Program-made: the position numbers and the translations under genes
Notes under the pieces: model-generated
What the model saw: only the letters and a program-made list of their open reading frames with translations
Database searches by the model: none
Told to the model about the DNA's origin: nothing
Part shown: piece by piece, positions 49,140-57,266 of the stretch
How the letters are laid out: every line of letters starts with the position of its first letter
Numbering within the stretch: position 1 is the stretch's first letter
Origin: Chitinophagaceae bacterium
GTDB taxonomy: Bacteria > Bacteroidota > Bacteroidia > Chitinophagales > UBA10324
DNA: 64,000 bases
Assembly (NCBI GenBank): GCA_947474435.1
Contig: CANJII010000017.1
Span: forward strand, 2,580 to 66,579
Direction: 5' to 3'

Positions 49140-49292
49140 TTATAACCAAACACCATTAGCCAGCCGATGCTTGGTGTGCCCCTTGCAATCTTTTTTAGTT
49201 GTGGCACAAGATGAAAAAACTGAACTCAGAAATATTCCGAGTATTAAAACAGAAATAATTTTTTGTATTGAATTAATGATTTGAGTTTTCAT
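49140..49292 (-). CDS. 50-aa putative lipoprotein (below the ORF-track cutoff)
   Basis: My own reverse-complement translation: MKTQIINSIQKIISVLILGIFLSSVFSSCATTKKDCKGHTKHRLANGVWL*. ATG start, hydrophobic core, lipobox-like FSSC, and a minus-strand terminator ~120 nt downstream. Confidence 0.45.
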   Translation of the reverse strand: MKTQIINSIQKIISVLILGIFLSSVFSSCATTKKDCKGHTKHRLANGVWL

Positions 49293-49519
49293 CTATTGTA
49301 AACTTATATCTTTCAAACGACCGAGTAGTGGCTTTGTTGTTTCAATTTACCAACGGAGAAAATTAGATTTCCGATTGTCATAAAAATTTTACAATTCAAA
49401 TTGTAATAAAGCAGACAGCTTGATCGTATTACACGGATTCAATTTTAAACTTCAAAAATTTTCGAAGTCGAATAAAACTAAAACGCTTAGATCAACACTT
49501 GTTAAATAACAATTTGAAA

Positions 49520-49840
49520 ATGTTTAATAAATATTATTACCTTACTCGGGCAATGGAAGTAAATGGACAATTAATCCGACGGGTTTGGGAGAAAGCTTCT
49601 CCTATTTATGGTCAGGATGCTGAGCTGTTTCGACTCGATATGCAGGGTTGCTGGATTCGCAAGAAGGATTTCAATAACATTGATTCCATCTATGGTTGGA
49701 CCATCTATCCTGTAAACTCGCCTGCCAACGACTTTAGCGATTTGGGCAAATTAATTCCGGTTCACACACACGAAAATCAAATTCCTCTGGCAGGAATTCA
49801 GTCACCAACAGAGATGGTGTTCAGAGAAAATTATATCTGA
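49520..49840 (+). CDS. hypothetical protein resembling small stand-alone HNH nucleases but without the catalytic His motif
   Basis: RRVWEKASPIYGQDAELFRLDMQGCWIRKKDFNNIDSIYGWTIYPVNSPANDFSDLGKLIPVHTHENQ parallels the VW.KG..V.G.DP...RKD.CGAWI....YG......GWEIDHI.P.S.GG.D..SNLQPL...NN pattern that I recall. Start uncertain: TTG 49499, ATG 49520 or ATG 49553. Confidence 0.4.
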   Translation: MFNKYYYLTRAMEVNGQLIRRVWEKASPIYGQDAELFRLDMQGCWIRKKDFNNIDSIYGWTIYPVNSPANDFSDLGKLIPVHTHENQIPLAGIQSPTEMVFRENYI

Positions 49841-49846
49841 AAAAGC

Positions 49847-52800
49847 TTATTGCTTTAGCATCTTTCGAACTTCTCTCAGGTTCTGACCTATGATTACCAG
49901 ACTGTATAATCCCTGCGGGAAATCCTGTAGTTGGATGAGCAATTCCGTTTGCCCTTTTTCCATCGATTCAATTTTCATTTCTCTTCCGGCCATATCATAA
50001 ATGCGGATGTCATAAGTTTCTTCACCCGGATTGGAGAGTTCCAGATGAATAATATCAGATGTAGGATTTGGAAAAAGACCAAAGTCTAAATTATTTTCAT
50101 TTTCCATAACTTCCATTCTCGCAGCCGCTGATGTTGTGAAATTATAAGAAGCAGAAAATGCAGAAAGATTAGTTCCGGCTGCATCACATTGTGTTTGAAT
50201 TTGAATTTCATATTGTGTAGTTGGCATTAATCCGCTAACGGTTGCAGCTGTATTATTTCCATTGGTTGATTGCAAAGTCCAAAGCGTTGAACCAACGGGT
50301 CTGGTTCTTAAATTATATTTGTAAGCACCTGTCACACTTCCCCACATGGCAATTGTACTTGTTGAATTTGTATTCATAAAACTTGCTGTAGAAGTTACAT
50401 TGCAGTTTGAACTTGTATTCGTAAGAATTACACTTTGTGTTTTAATGCAGCCACCTGAAGAAGTTACCGTAATCGTAAATGTTCCAGCTGCAACAGTAGT
50501 AAGGTCTTCAGTTGTAGCACCATTACTCCACAGATAAGTATATGGAGTTTGTCCGCCACTTACTGTAATATTTATTGCTCCGTTTGATTGCCCGCTTGTT
50601 GGATTGGTAGAAGTATATGTTATAGAAGGCAATGCATTTACAGTAATTATTTTGGTAGAAGTTTTTGCACAACCATTCGCAGCTGTACCTGTAATTGAAT
50701 AAGTGATAGCAGAAACCGGATTTGCAACTACACTTGAACCTGAAGTTAAATTTAATCCGGTTGATGGTGACCATGAGTATGTTGATGCACCGCTTGCTGT
50801 TAAATTCGTACTTGTTCCGGAACATGTTGTTGAATTACCACTTACTGAAATTGTTGGAGATGCATTTACAAAAAGCGCGACGGTTTTTGATGCGTTGCAT
50901 GCTCCTGAAGTTCCGGATATTGTGTAAGTGATATTTGAAATTGGAGTGGAAGAAACTGTTGCACCCATTGTTGTATTCAATGATGTGGATGGCGACCAAG
51001 TATAAGTTGAAGCACCAGTAACTGTTAGTGAGGTTGAACTGCCTGAACATATTGAAGATGCACCGCTCACACTTAAAACCAAACCCGATGAAACGGTAAC
51101 TGCAATAGTTTTTGTATTAGTGCAACCATTCGATGTTCCAATTACAGTGTATGTAGTTGATGAAACAGGATTTGCATTTACACTTGAACCGGTAGTAATA
51201 TTTAATCCGGTTGATGGTGACCATGAATATGTAGTTGCTCCACTTCCGGTTAATGTTGTTGAAGAACCAGTACACATTGCAATATTGCCAGATGTTGAAA
51301 CAATTGGCGATGCGTTAACGGTTATAGTTTTGGCAAAAGATTTTGTGCATCCGTTCGCAGCCGTTCCTGTAATTGAATAAGTGATAGTAGAAATTGGAGT
51401 AGCTGAAACCATAGTTCCTGTTGTAACCGAAAGACCTGTTGATGGTGACCATGTGTATGTGATTGCTCCGCTCGCAGTTAAATTAACACTGCTTCCTGAA
51501 CAGGTAGAATTATTTCCGCTTACAGAAACTGTTGGTAAAGCATTCACAGAAACCGAAACTGTTTTGGTTGAAGTGCATCCATTGCTCCCTGTAATTGTGT
51601 AAGTGATGTTGGATGTTGGATTTGCCATAACACTTGAACCAGTTGTAACATTTAAAGCTGTTGAGGGTGACCATGTGTAAGTAGTTGCACCACCTGCTGT
51701 TAGTGTGGTTGATGTGCCTGAACAAATGGTTGTATTGACTGATGATGTAATTGTTGGAATTGAATTGACAGCCAAAGTAAAATTTTGAATTTTAGTACAA
51801 CCATTTGCAGTTCCTGAAATTGCATAAGTGAGTGATGAAGTTGGATTAGCTATAACTGTTGTGCCTGAAGTTAAATTTAAACCTGTTGCAGGCGACCATG
51901 AATAAGTTGTTGCTCCGTTTACAGTTAATGTTGTTGATGAGCCATTGCAAATTGCATTGCTTCCTGAAATAGTTAATGTTGGTAATGTTATTACAATAAC
52001 GCTTTTTGTAGAAGAACTACTACAGCCATTTGTAGTTCCTGTTATGGTGTAAGTAATACTTGAAGTTGGCGAAGCCGTTGCACTTACTGCAGTGGTTGAA
52101 TTCAAAGCTGTTGAAGGCGACCATGAATAGGTTGTTGCTCCGCTTGCAGTAATTGTGGTTGAAGTTCCTGAACAAATACTTGTACTCGTTGGAGAAACTG
52201 TAACTACAGGCAATGCTTTCACCTGAATGGTTTGCGAAGCTGATTGAGAATTATAAGTATAGTTAATTGTAAAAGTTCCAGCTCCTGCAATTGCCGGATT
52301 AAATATTCCGGCACTCACACCTGTTCCTGAATAAGTTCCTCCGGTAGGCGAACCGCCTGTCAATGTAAATGAAGATGCATTCACACAAACAGGATTGAAA
52401 GTTGAAAGTGTAACTGTTGTGGTTCCGCTTTTATATATAGTCCATGAAACAGAATTAGTTGGAACTAATTTTTTTACCAATGAAGTTGTGTCCCAAACAT
52501 TGAAAGTAAGCGTGTGAATTCCTGTAATTAAATTATTTCCGATAGAAGTGTAGGATAGAATATTTGTACCGACAACAACTCCATCTAATAGCCATTGTGA
52601 TTTTATTGTGTTTGGAATTGTTTGAATAATGGTTGAAGAAAAGTTTTGTGAACCTCCGCTCGCAATATTTATTGTTGAAGTATTTACCGGTGAATAACTA
52701 TTCACCAGATTAGTCATGTTCAGAAATGACACAATCAATTCTTCCTTACAAATACTGCAGAAAGATTGACCAAGAGCTAACATTTTACAATTACACATCG

Positions 52801-53566
52801 GGCGATACCAAGTGCTAGGACAATAATTCGAACCAAGATATAATCCAACTGAAGTGCAATTTGTAGCAGCCGGAGTTGGTATTGGCATGCCACCCGGAAT
52901 CCATGCTTTCCATTTTATCAGAGTTGGATTTGTTTCCATTGTGCAGTTTGGTTTTTCAATGGTACCGCAACCGCCGGAAGTATATTCATCAGTGAGGTTT
53001 GCAATGGAATGACCGAGTTCATGAATAATAATTTCAGAACTTGCATTGTTGATTGTGCAACATGGATAAGTTCCGCCTGAACCTCCATAATAAGTTGAGT
53101 TGGCAACCACAATTGCTTTATTGTAAGCAGGGAAATTTGCAAGCAAAACATTTTGTATAGCTGTTGTATTTGTGGCAACTACTAACCGATGAATATTTCC
53201 ATAATCGAATTTGCTTCCGAAATAAGATACAGTACCTGAAGATGGAACATTTGGATTTGCCGATGCACAATCAGTAGCAGTTACCTGATGCATGATTCCT
53301 GATGTTGATGAGTTTACCTGAATGGCATAAACATTAAATAGATTTTTATATGAATTGTATGGCGAGGTGCTAAATATTGTTGTCGTAATTGTATTCACCT
53401 GTGTAATAAAATTTGTTTGTTCTGCCGAAGTGAAGCCATCAGCTAAAAAAACCAAATCAAAGTGATTGCTTGAAGGACCGTTATAAAGTATTGTTGTAAC
53501 AGGAAATGTTTGCGCAGAAATTTTTCCGGAAATAAAAATCAGCAACAGAAGAATAAGTTTTTTCAT
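49847..53566 (-). CDS. multidomain M64-like (IgA-peptidase family) metallopeptidase fused to adhesin repeats, an SprB-like repeat, FN3 and a T9SS type-A C-terminal domain
   Basis: Signal peptide MKKLILLLLIFISGKISAQ. M64-type catalytic region: FDLVFLADGFTSAEQ, STYYGGSGG, IIHELGHSIANLTDEY. Seven ~77-aa repeats of the 2050-8829 type. GAINITVSGGQTPYTYLWSNG is SprB-like. The FN3-like module contains YKYNLRTRPVGS...TQYEIQIQTQC. C-terminal LFPNPTSDIIHLELS...GLYSLVIIG. The track start at 53572 is GTG; the ATG is at 53566. Confidence 0.85.
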   Translation of the reverse strand: MKKLILLLLIFISGKISAQTFPVTTILYNGPSSNHFDLVFLADGFTSAEQTNFITQVNTITTTIFSTSPYNSYKNLFNVYAIQVNSSTSGIMHQVTATDCASANPNVPSSGTVSYFGSKFDYGNIHRLVVATNTTAIQNVLLANFPAYNKAIVVANSTYYGGSGGTYPCCTINNASSEIIIHELGHSIANLTDEYTSGGCGTIEKPNCTMETNPTLIKWKAWIPGGMPIPTPAATNCTSVGLYLGSNYCPSTWYRPMCNCKMLALGQSFCSICKEELIVSFLNMTNLVNSYSPVNTSTINIASGGSQNFSSTIIQTIPNTIKSQWLLDGVVVGTNILSYTSIGNNLITGIHTLTFNVWDTTSLVKKLVPTNSVSWTIYKSGTTTVTLSTFNPVCVNASSFTLTGGSPTGGTYSGTGVSAGIFNPAIAGAGTFTINYTYNSQSASQTIQVKALPVVTVSPTSTSICSGTSTTITASGATTYSWSPSTALNSTTAVSATASPTSSITYTITGTTNGCSSSSTKSVIVITLPTLTISGSNAICNGSSTTLTVNGATTYSWSPATGLNLTSGTTVIANPTSSLTYAISGTANGCTKIQNFTLAVNSIPTITSSVNTTICSGTSTTLTAGGATTYTWSPSTALNVTTGSSVMANPTSNITYTITGSNGCTSTKTVSVSVNALPTVSVSGNNSTCSGSSVNLTASGAITYTWSPSTGLSVTTGTMVSATPISTITYSITGTAANGCTKSFAKTITVNASPIVSTSGNIAMCTGSSTTLTGSGATTYSWSPSTGLNITTGSSVNANPVSSTTYTVIGTSNGCTNTKTIAVTVSSGLVLSVSGASSICSGSSTSLTVTGASTYTWSPSTSLNTTMGATVSSTPISNITYTISGTSGACNASKTVALFVNASPTISVSGNSTTCSGTSTNLTASGASTYSWSPSTGLNLTSGSSVVANPVSAITYSITGTAANGCAKTSTKIITVNALPSITYTSTNPTSGQSNGAINITVSGGQTPYTYLWSNGATTEDLTTVAAGTFTITVTSSGGCIKTQSVILTNTSSNCNVTSTASFMNTNSTSTIAMWGSVTGAYKYNLRTRPVGSTLWTLQSTNGNNTAATVSGLMPTTQYEIQIQTQCDAAGTNLSAFSASYNFTTSAAARMEVMENENNLDFGLFPNPTSDIIHLELSNPGEETYDIRIYDMAGREMKIESMEKGQTELLIQLQDFPQGLYSLVIIGQNLREVRKMLKQ
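50630..52220 (-). repeat. seven tandem ~77-aa coding repeats of the same family as the 3311-8540 array
   Basis: ICSGTSTTLTA.GATTY(S/T)WSPST(G/A)LN.T.G..V.A.P.S.ITY.I.GT..NGC. appears seven times. Nucleotide-level similarity is visible, for example TTTAATCCGGTTGATGGTGACCATGA at both ~50753 and ~51203. Confidence 0.85.
53009..53023 (-). other. HExxH motif of the M64-like peptidase
   Basis: The plus-strand sequence atgaccgagttcatg is the reverse complement of the codons for HELGH. Confidence 0.8.
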
Positions 53567-54036
53567 TTCCACAAATTGTTTTGAAAGGTGAATAATGAAA
53601 TCAGAATCTGTTTCCCGTCAGCATCAATTTGATAAACCTTAATCGAAGCAGCATTTTTCAAAACTGGAAATTTCACCAGCAAAGTTGCCTGGGGTTCAAT
53701 GTTTTTATAGTGACCGAGTTCACCTTTTTCATTTGAATATTCATAATTTATAAAAGATGGATTATCCTGTTTAACAGAATAAATAATTTTTCCATCAGCA
53801 TCTGTAATATCAAATTGAATAATTCCTTCATCGTTTAATGGATGTGTATCAGCAGAAATTTTCTCATTAATAATTTTTGATTGAAGTACTTGACTGCTTT
53901 CCATTTTTTTGGAAGAAGTATTTGTTAAAACACTGAACTGAATAATTTCAGTTTGTTCTGAATCAATTCTGCTTTGTGCATTCACTTCAAAAAAAAGTGG
54001 AAGCATGAACAGAAGGAGCACAATTATTTTATTCAT
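53563..54036 (-). CDS. small secreted protein, translationally coupled to the M64-like peptidase gene
   Basis: From the ATG at 54036: MNKIIVLLLFMLPLFFEVNAQ signal peptide, ~157 aa, beta-rich. Its TGA stop overlaps the downstream ATG as ATGA (53563-53566). Confidence 0.6.
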   Translation of the reverse strand: MNKIIVLLLFMLPLFFEVNAQSRIDSEQTEIIQFSVLTNTSSKKMESSQVLQSKIINEKISADTHPLNDEGIIQFDITDADGKIIYSVKQDNPSFINYEYSNEKGELGHYKNIEPQATLLVKFPVLKNAASIKVYQIDADGKQILISLFTFQNNLWK

Positions 54037-54267
54037 AAAAAAATTTTTTTTAAAACAATTTTTTGATTCGGGAATCCAGCCTTCACAATTAATAAAATTG
54101 CTGCTGAGTGATGTAAATTTTAAAAACGAACAAATGCTTTTATCCACCACTTTATTATCGGCGCTATACAAAACTTAATTGGTTTGTTAATTAACTTCAT
54201 TTCTATACAATGAAAAAAAGTAAACCATGATGCAGTTTTAACCGTATAAACTTTTAAACCATCGGTC

Positions 54268-54987
54268 ATGAAAAATCTAAGCCCAAATTGGATTACAGAA
54301 GGTTGGATTGATTTCGAGTATAAAAAATATTTACTGCTCGATTATCTGCAGGAAGTAAGTAAGCAGTTTGATGAAAAAAAATTGTATCCGACCTTGTCTG
54401 ATATTATTTCACATCATCATTATCTGCAACAGTTGAAAGAGAATAAAGAAATTGTGGCAAGCGCGTTTCCAAAACAAATTTCGAAAATTGATTTTGAAAA
54501 TTTCAAACTGCAATACGAAAAACTGATGATTGAAAATAAATGCATTGAAGAGTTGGAAACCATTCTGGAATTTGCCATTCCACAATTGCAAACAACTATG
54601 AATGATGGCCGAGAATTATATGCTTCAGTTGAAAATGATTTACAGATTTTTCCAATCGGATTGGTTCCGGTTAATCCTGAATTCGGATATTTATTTTTAG
54701 CTCGAACAGGAAGTCGCCAAACAAAAGTTTACGAATATCAAATTGCACTTTTTGAAAACAGCACAGAAATGTATCGTGGAATAAAGGTGGAATACATCTG
54801 CACCTACACTAAAAGCATTGCGAACACTTATGAGAATATGAAGTCAACAATTATAAAAACCGAAAAGAAAATATTTTCTCCTGGTACATTCGTGATTGAA
54901 AGCCACGAAAAATTTCCGCTAATGGAAACATTTTTACCCGTGGCAAAACGAACCTTGGTTCGTTACCTCTATAATTTAGGGAAGTAA
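54268..54987 (+). CDS. hypothetical cytoplasmic protein
   Basis: 239-aa ATG ORF with no signal peptide and no recognised family. Confidence 0.55.
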   Translation: MKNLSPNWITEGWIDFEYKKYLLLDYLQEVSKQFDEKKLYPTLSDIISHHHYLQQLKENKEIVASAFPKQISKIDFENFKLQYEKLMIENKCIEELETILEFAIPQLQTTMNDGRELYASVENDLQIFPIGLVPVNPEFGYLFLARTGSRQTKVYEYQIALFENSTEMYRGIKVEYICTYTKSIANTYENMKSTIIKTEKKIFSPGTFVIESHEKFPLMETFLPVAKRTLVRYLYNLGK

Positions 54988-54990
54988 AAA

Positions 54991-55350
54991 TTATTTGGTT
55001 GAATCAACAGGCAACGGAGAAACATTTTGATTTGCTGCCGGTTGTTGCTGCTGTTGTTGATTTAGCGGAGTAGAAGTTGGTGCTAAATCTTTCAATGGGT
55101 TTTCAGTAGTCGCGGTTGTTGAACTGCGATTGATAAAGAAAATAGTTGCCAAACTAAGTATAGCAATTCCACCTATTAATGACCAGGTTGTTTTTTCTAA
55201 AAAGTCGGTTGTGCGTTTTACACCCATCATTTGGTTTGAGAATCCGCCGAATGACTGACTCAATCCTCCACCTTTCGGGTTTTGAATTAATACGGCTAAA
55301 ATTAACAGTACGCAGGCAATGATGATGATGATGATAATGGCTTCTAACAT
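54991..55350 (-). CDS. secG: preprotein translocase subunit SecG
   Basis: MLEAIIIIIIIACVLLILAVLIQNPKGGGLSQSFGG is the canonical SecG N-terminus. A second TM follows, then a Q/P-rich tail. Confidence 0.85.
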   Translation of the reverse strand: MLEAIIIIIIIACVLLILAVLIQNPKGGGLSQSFGGFSNQMMGVKRTTDFLEKTTWSLIGGIAILSLATIFFINRSSTTATTENPLKDLAPTSTPLNQQQQQQPAANQNVSPLPVDSTK

Positions 55351-55352
55351 GA

Positions 55353-56738
55353 TTACAATTTGTTTTTCAATTCTTTTATGAGGGCGGCAAAGTAATGTGA
55401 TTTGTGTGGTAATTTCAAACTCAACTTTTCGTACATCGAAATGGCACTTTGATACTTATTCTGGGCAGTTAAAATTCGCGCCAGGGTCTCCGTTACAATC
55501 TCATCAGAATTTATCAAACTCCTCTCTGCCCGTTCTATAACCGAAGATTGTTTGGGCTCGGCTTTTTTCTCTTTTATGGAATGAACGAAGTTATCAATCA
55601 CCCTTAAATCTTCCTCGTTATTTGTTGATAATAAATCTGGAGTGAAATCTATCAGGGCTTCTTCTGTTGCTTCCTGTTCGGCAGAAATTGCTTCTGAAGA
55701 AATGGGAGCAGAAACAACTTCAATATTTTTTTGTGGTTCAACAATTTCATTCGAGCCGGAAAGTTTTTTCAACCAATCGAGGAAAGAATGTTCTTCGTTA
55801 ATTTCTGATGAAATGGTAACCGACAATTTTTCTTTAACAATAATTTCAGTTGCGTTTTGTGCTTCCAAAACTTTTAATGATTCCAGTTCTGAATCTATAT
55901 TTTCTTCCGCACTTCCTTCTTCTTCATTTTCAAATTCTTCATTCTTGTGAGAATACTCTGAGATAGAAAGCAGTTCGACTTCAGCATCTTTTAATTCTTC
56001 TTCGGCCTCGCTATTTTCAATTTCTTCATCTAAATATTTTGTTGAGGCAAGTTCAACTTCGTTCTTATCTATTTCCGGTTCATCAGCTTCTTCATCAATT
56101 TCCATTGCAACAAACTCAACCAGATTTCCAGACTGACTCACCGCTACAAATTCTTCCAAATAATTTTCTTCCTTTTCATTTCGCGCAGCATTTTCAACTG
56201 CCATAATTCCTTCTTCTTCATGGTCACCTGCAACAATTACTTCATCGGTATCAGTATCTTCAATCTGAAAATTGGATTCAACTTCGGACGCAATAATTAC
56301 TTCATAAAAAATTTCTTTGCTCTGTTTTTCTTCTTCTGATTTTTCTTTAGCTATAATTTTTTCAAGTAATTCTTCCGTCTGCGTAATTTCTATTTCTGCT
56401 TCTGTTACAATAATTGTTTCGGAAATGGTTTGGGCAATTAATTCTCCATTGCTCTTTGATTTTATTTCCGGAATTTCAAAATCGTTGCGCAGTATTTTTT
56501 CAGGCGACGATGGATAAATCAATTCAAACAAAGCGATTCTGTTATTTGCATAAACTGCTGCAGTAGATAGTATGCTTTCAAATTCAGAATGATTTTGCAA
56601 TTGTGCCTGCTTGGCTTTTAATAAATGTGCAGATGCAAACCAGGGATGCTGGTTAATTAATTCATTCAGTTTCTCTTTCGGAATTTCCGAAACTGAAGAC
56701 GGGGTTTTTATTAAGTTGTAAAATTCTTTTTTTTCCAC
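55353..56738 (-). CDS. hypothetical protein with a long acidic low-complexity core and a TPR-like C-terminus
   Basis: 461 aa. Conserved-looking N-terminus (HPWFASAHLLKAKQ), a ~230-aa Glu-rich region, and C-terminal ...YQSAISMYEKLSLKLPHKSHYFAALIKELK. GTG start one nt after the upstream stop. Confidence 0.6.
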   Translation of the reverse strand: MEKKEFYNLIKTPSSVSEIPKEKLNELINQHPWFASAHLLKAKQAQLQNHSEFESILSTAAVYANNRIALFELIYPSSPEKILRNDFEIPEIKSKSNGELIAQTISETIIVTEAEIEITQTEELLEKIIAKEKSEEEKQSKEIFYEVIIASEVESNFQIEDTDTDEVIVAGDHEEEGIMAVENAARNEKEENYLEEFVAVSQSGNLVEFVAMEIDEEADEPEIDKNEVELASTKYLDEEIENSEAEEELKDAEVELLSISEYSHKNEEFENEEEGSAEENIDSELESLKVLEAQNATEIIVKEKLSVTISSEINEEHSFLDWLKKLSGSNEIVEPQKNIEVVSAPISSEAISAEQEATEEALIDFTPDLLSTNNEEDLRVIDNFVHSIKEKKAEPKQSSVIERAERSLINSDEIVTETLARILTAQNKYQSAISMYEKLSLKLPHKSHYFAALIKELKNKL

Positions 56739-56739
56739 G

Positions 56740-57246
56740 CTACCAATTTACCAAAGCTTTATTAAAAATATCTTCCACTAACTGGTCGGCAATTTCTTCC
56801 ACCAATTTTGATTCAACACTACTCAAATCCTGCGAACTATTAAAATCGGCATACCTTGAAAAACTCTGAGTCCAGGTTTGTTTATCGTCTTTCTTATTGG
56901 TGCATTCAATATTAATGATAATAGTTAAGCGATTCAATGCAGCTGTTTCATTGGCAGAAGCTGCAACCGGATTTGTTTGATAGGAAGTGATGGTTCCTGA
57001 AAAATCTATTTCGCCGTTTTGCTCCACCACTGCAATGGGACTGTTTGTGATGATTTTGTTTTTTAATTTTTCGGTCAGCACTCCACTCAATCCCGTGTTT
57101 ACAACAGCTGCTTGATTGGTTATTAAATGAACGGTTGCAGTTTTTACTGTGGTGTTTACTCCTGTGAAACTGTATATCCCGCATGAAGCAAGTAGGCAGT
57201 AGGCAGTAAACAGTAGGCAGTACGCCGTTCGCAAATAATTTTTCAC
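56740..57246 (-). CDS. LptE-like lipoprotein (LPS assembly)
   Basis: Lipobox LLASCG, ~168 aa, in the conserved position between the sigma-54 activator and secG, as in many Bacteroidota. GTG start. The assignment rests on context and size, not on a strong motif. Confidence 0.55.
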   Translation of the reverse strand: MKNYLRTAYCLLFTAYCLLASCGIYSFTGVNTTVKTATVHLITNQAAVVNTGLSGVLTEKLKNKIITNSPIAVVEQNGEIDFSGTITSYQTNPVAASANETAALNRLTIIINIECTNKKDDKQTWTQSFSRYADFNSSQDLSSVESKLVEEIADQLVEDIFNKALVNW

Positions 57247-57266
57247 TTTTAGTTTTTCACTTTTAA

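Noticed and set aside
49048-49284. 78-aa plus-strand track ORF.
   Set aside because: It has an implausible composition and no signals. The opposite strand carries a better-supported mini-lipoprotein ORF with a matching terminator orientation.
2050-53566. Whether the two inverted repeat arrays (3311-8540 on the plus strand, 50630-52220 on the minus strand) could mediate inversion of the intervening ~42 kb.
   Set aside because: By eye the inter-gene nucleotide identity is only moderate, with the longest exact matches I saw around 20-25 nt. That is too little to argue for homologous-recombination-driven inversion without alignment data.
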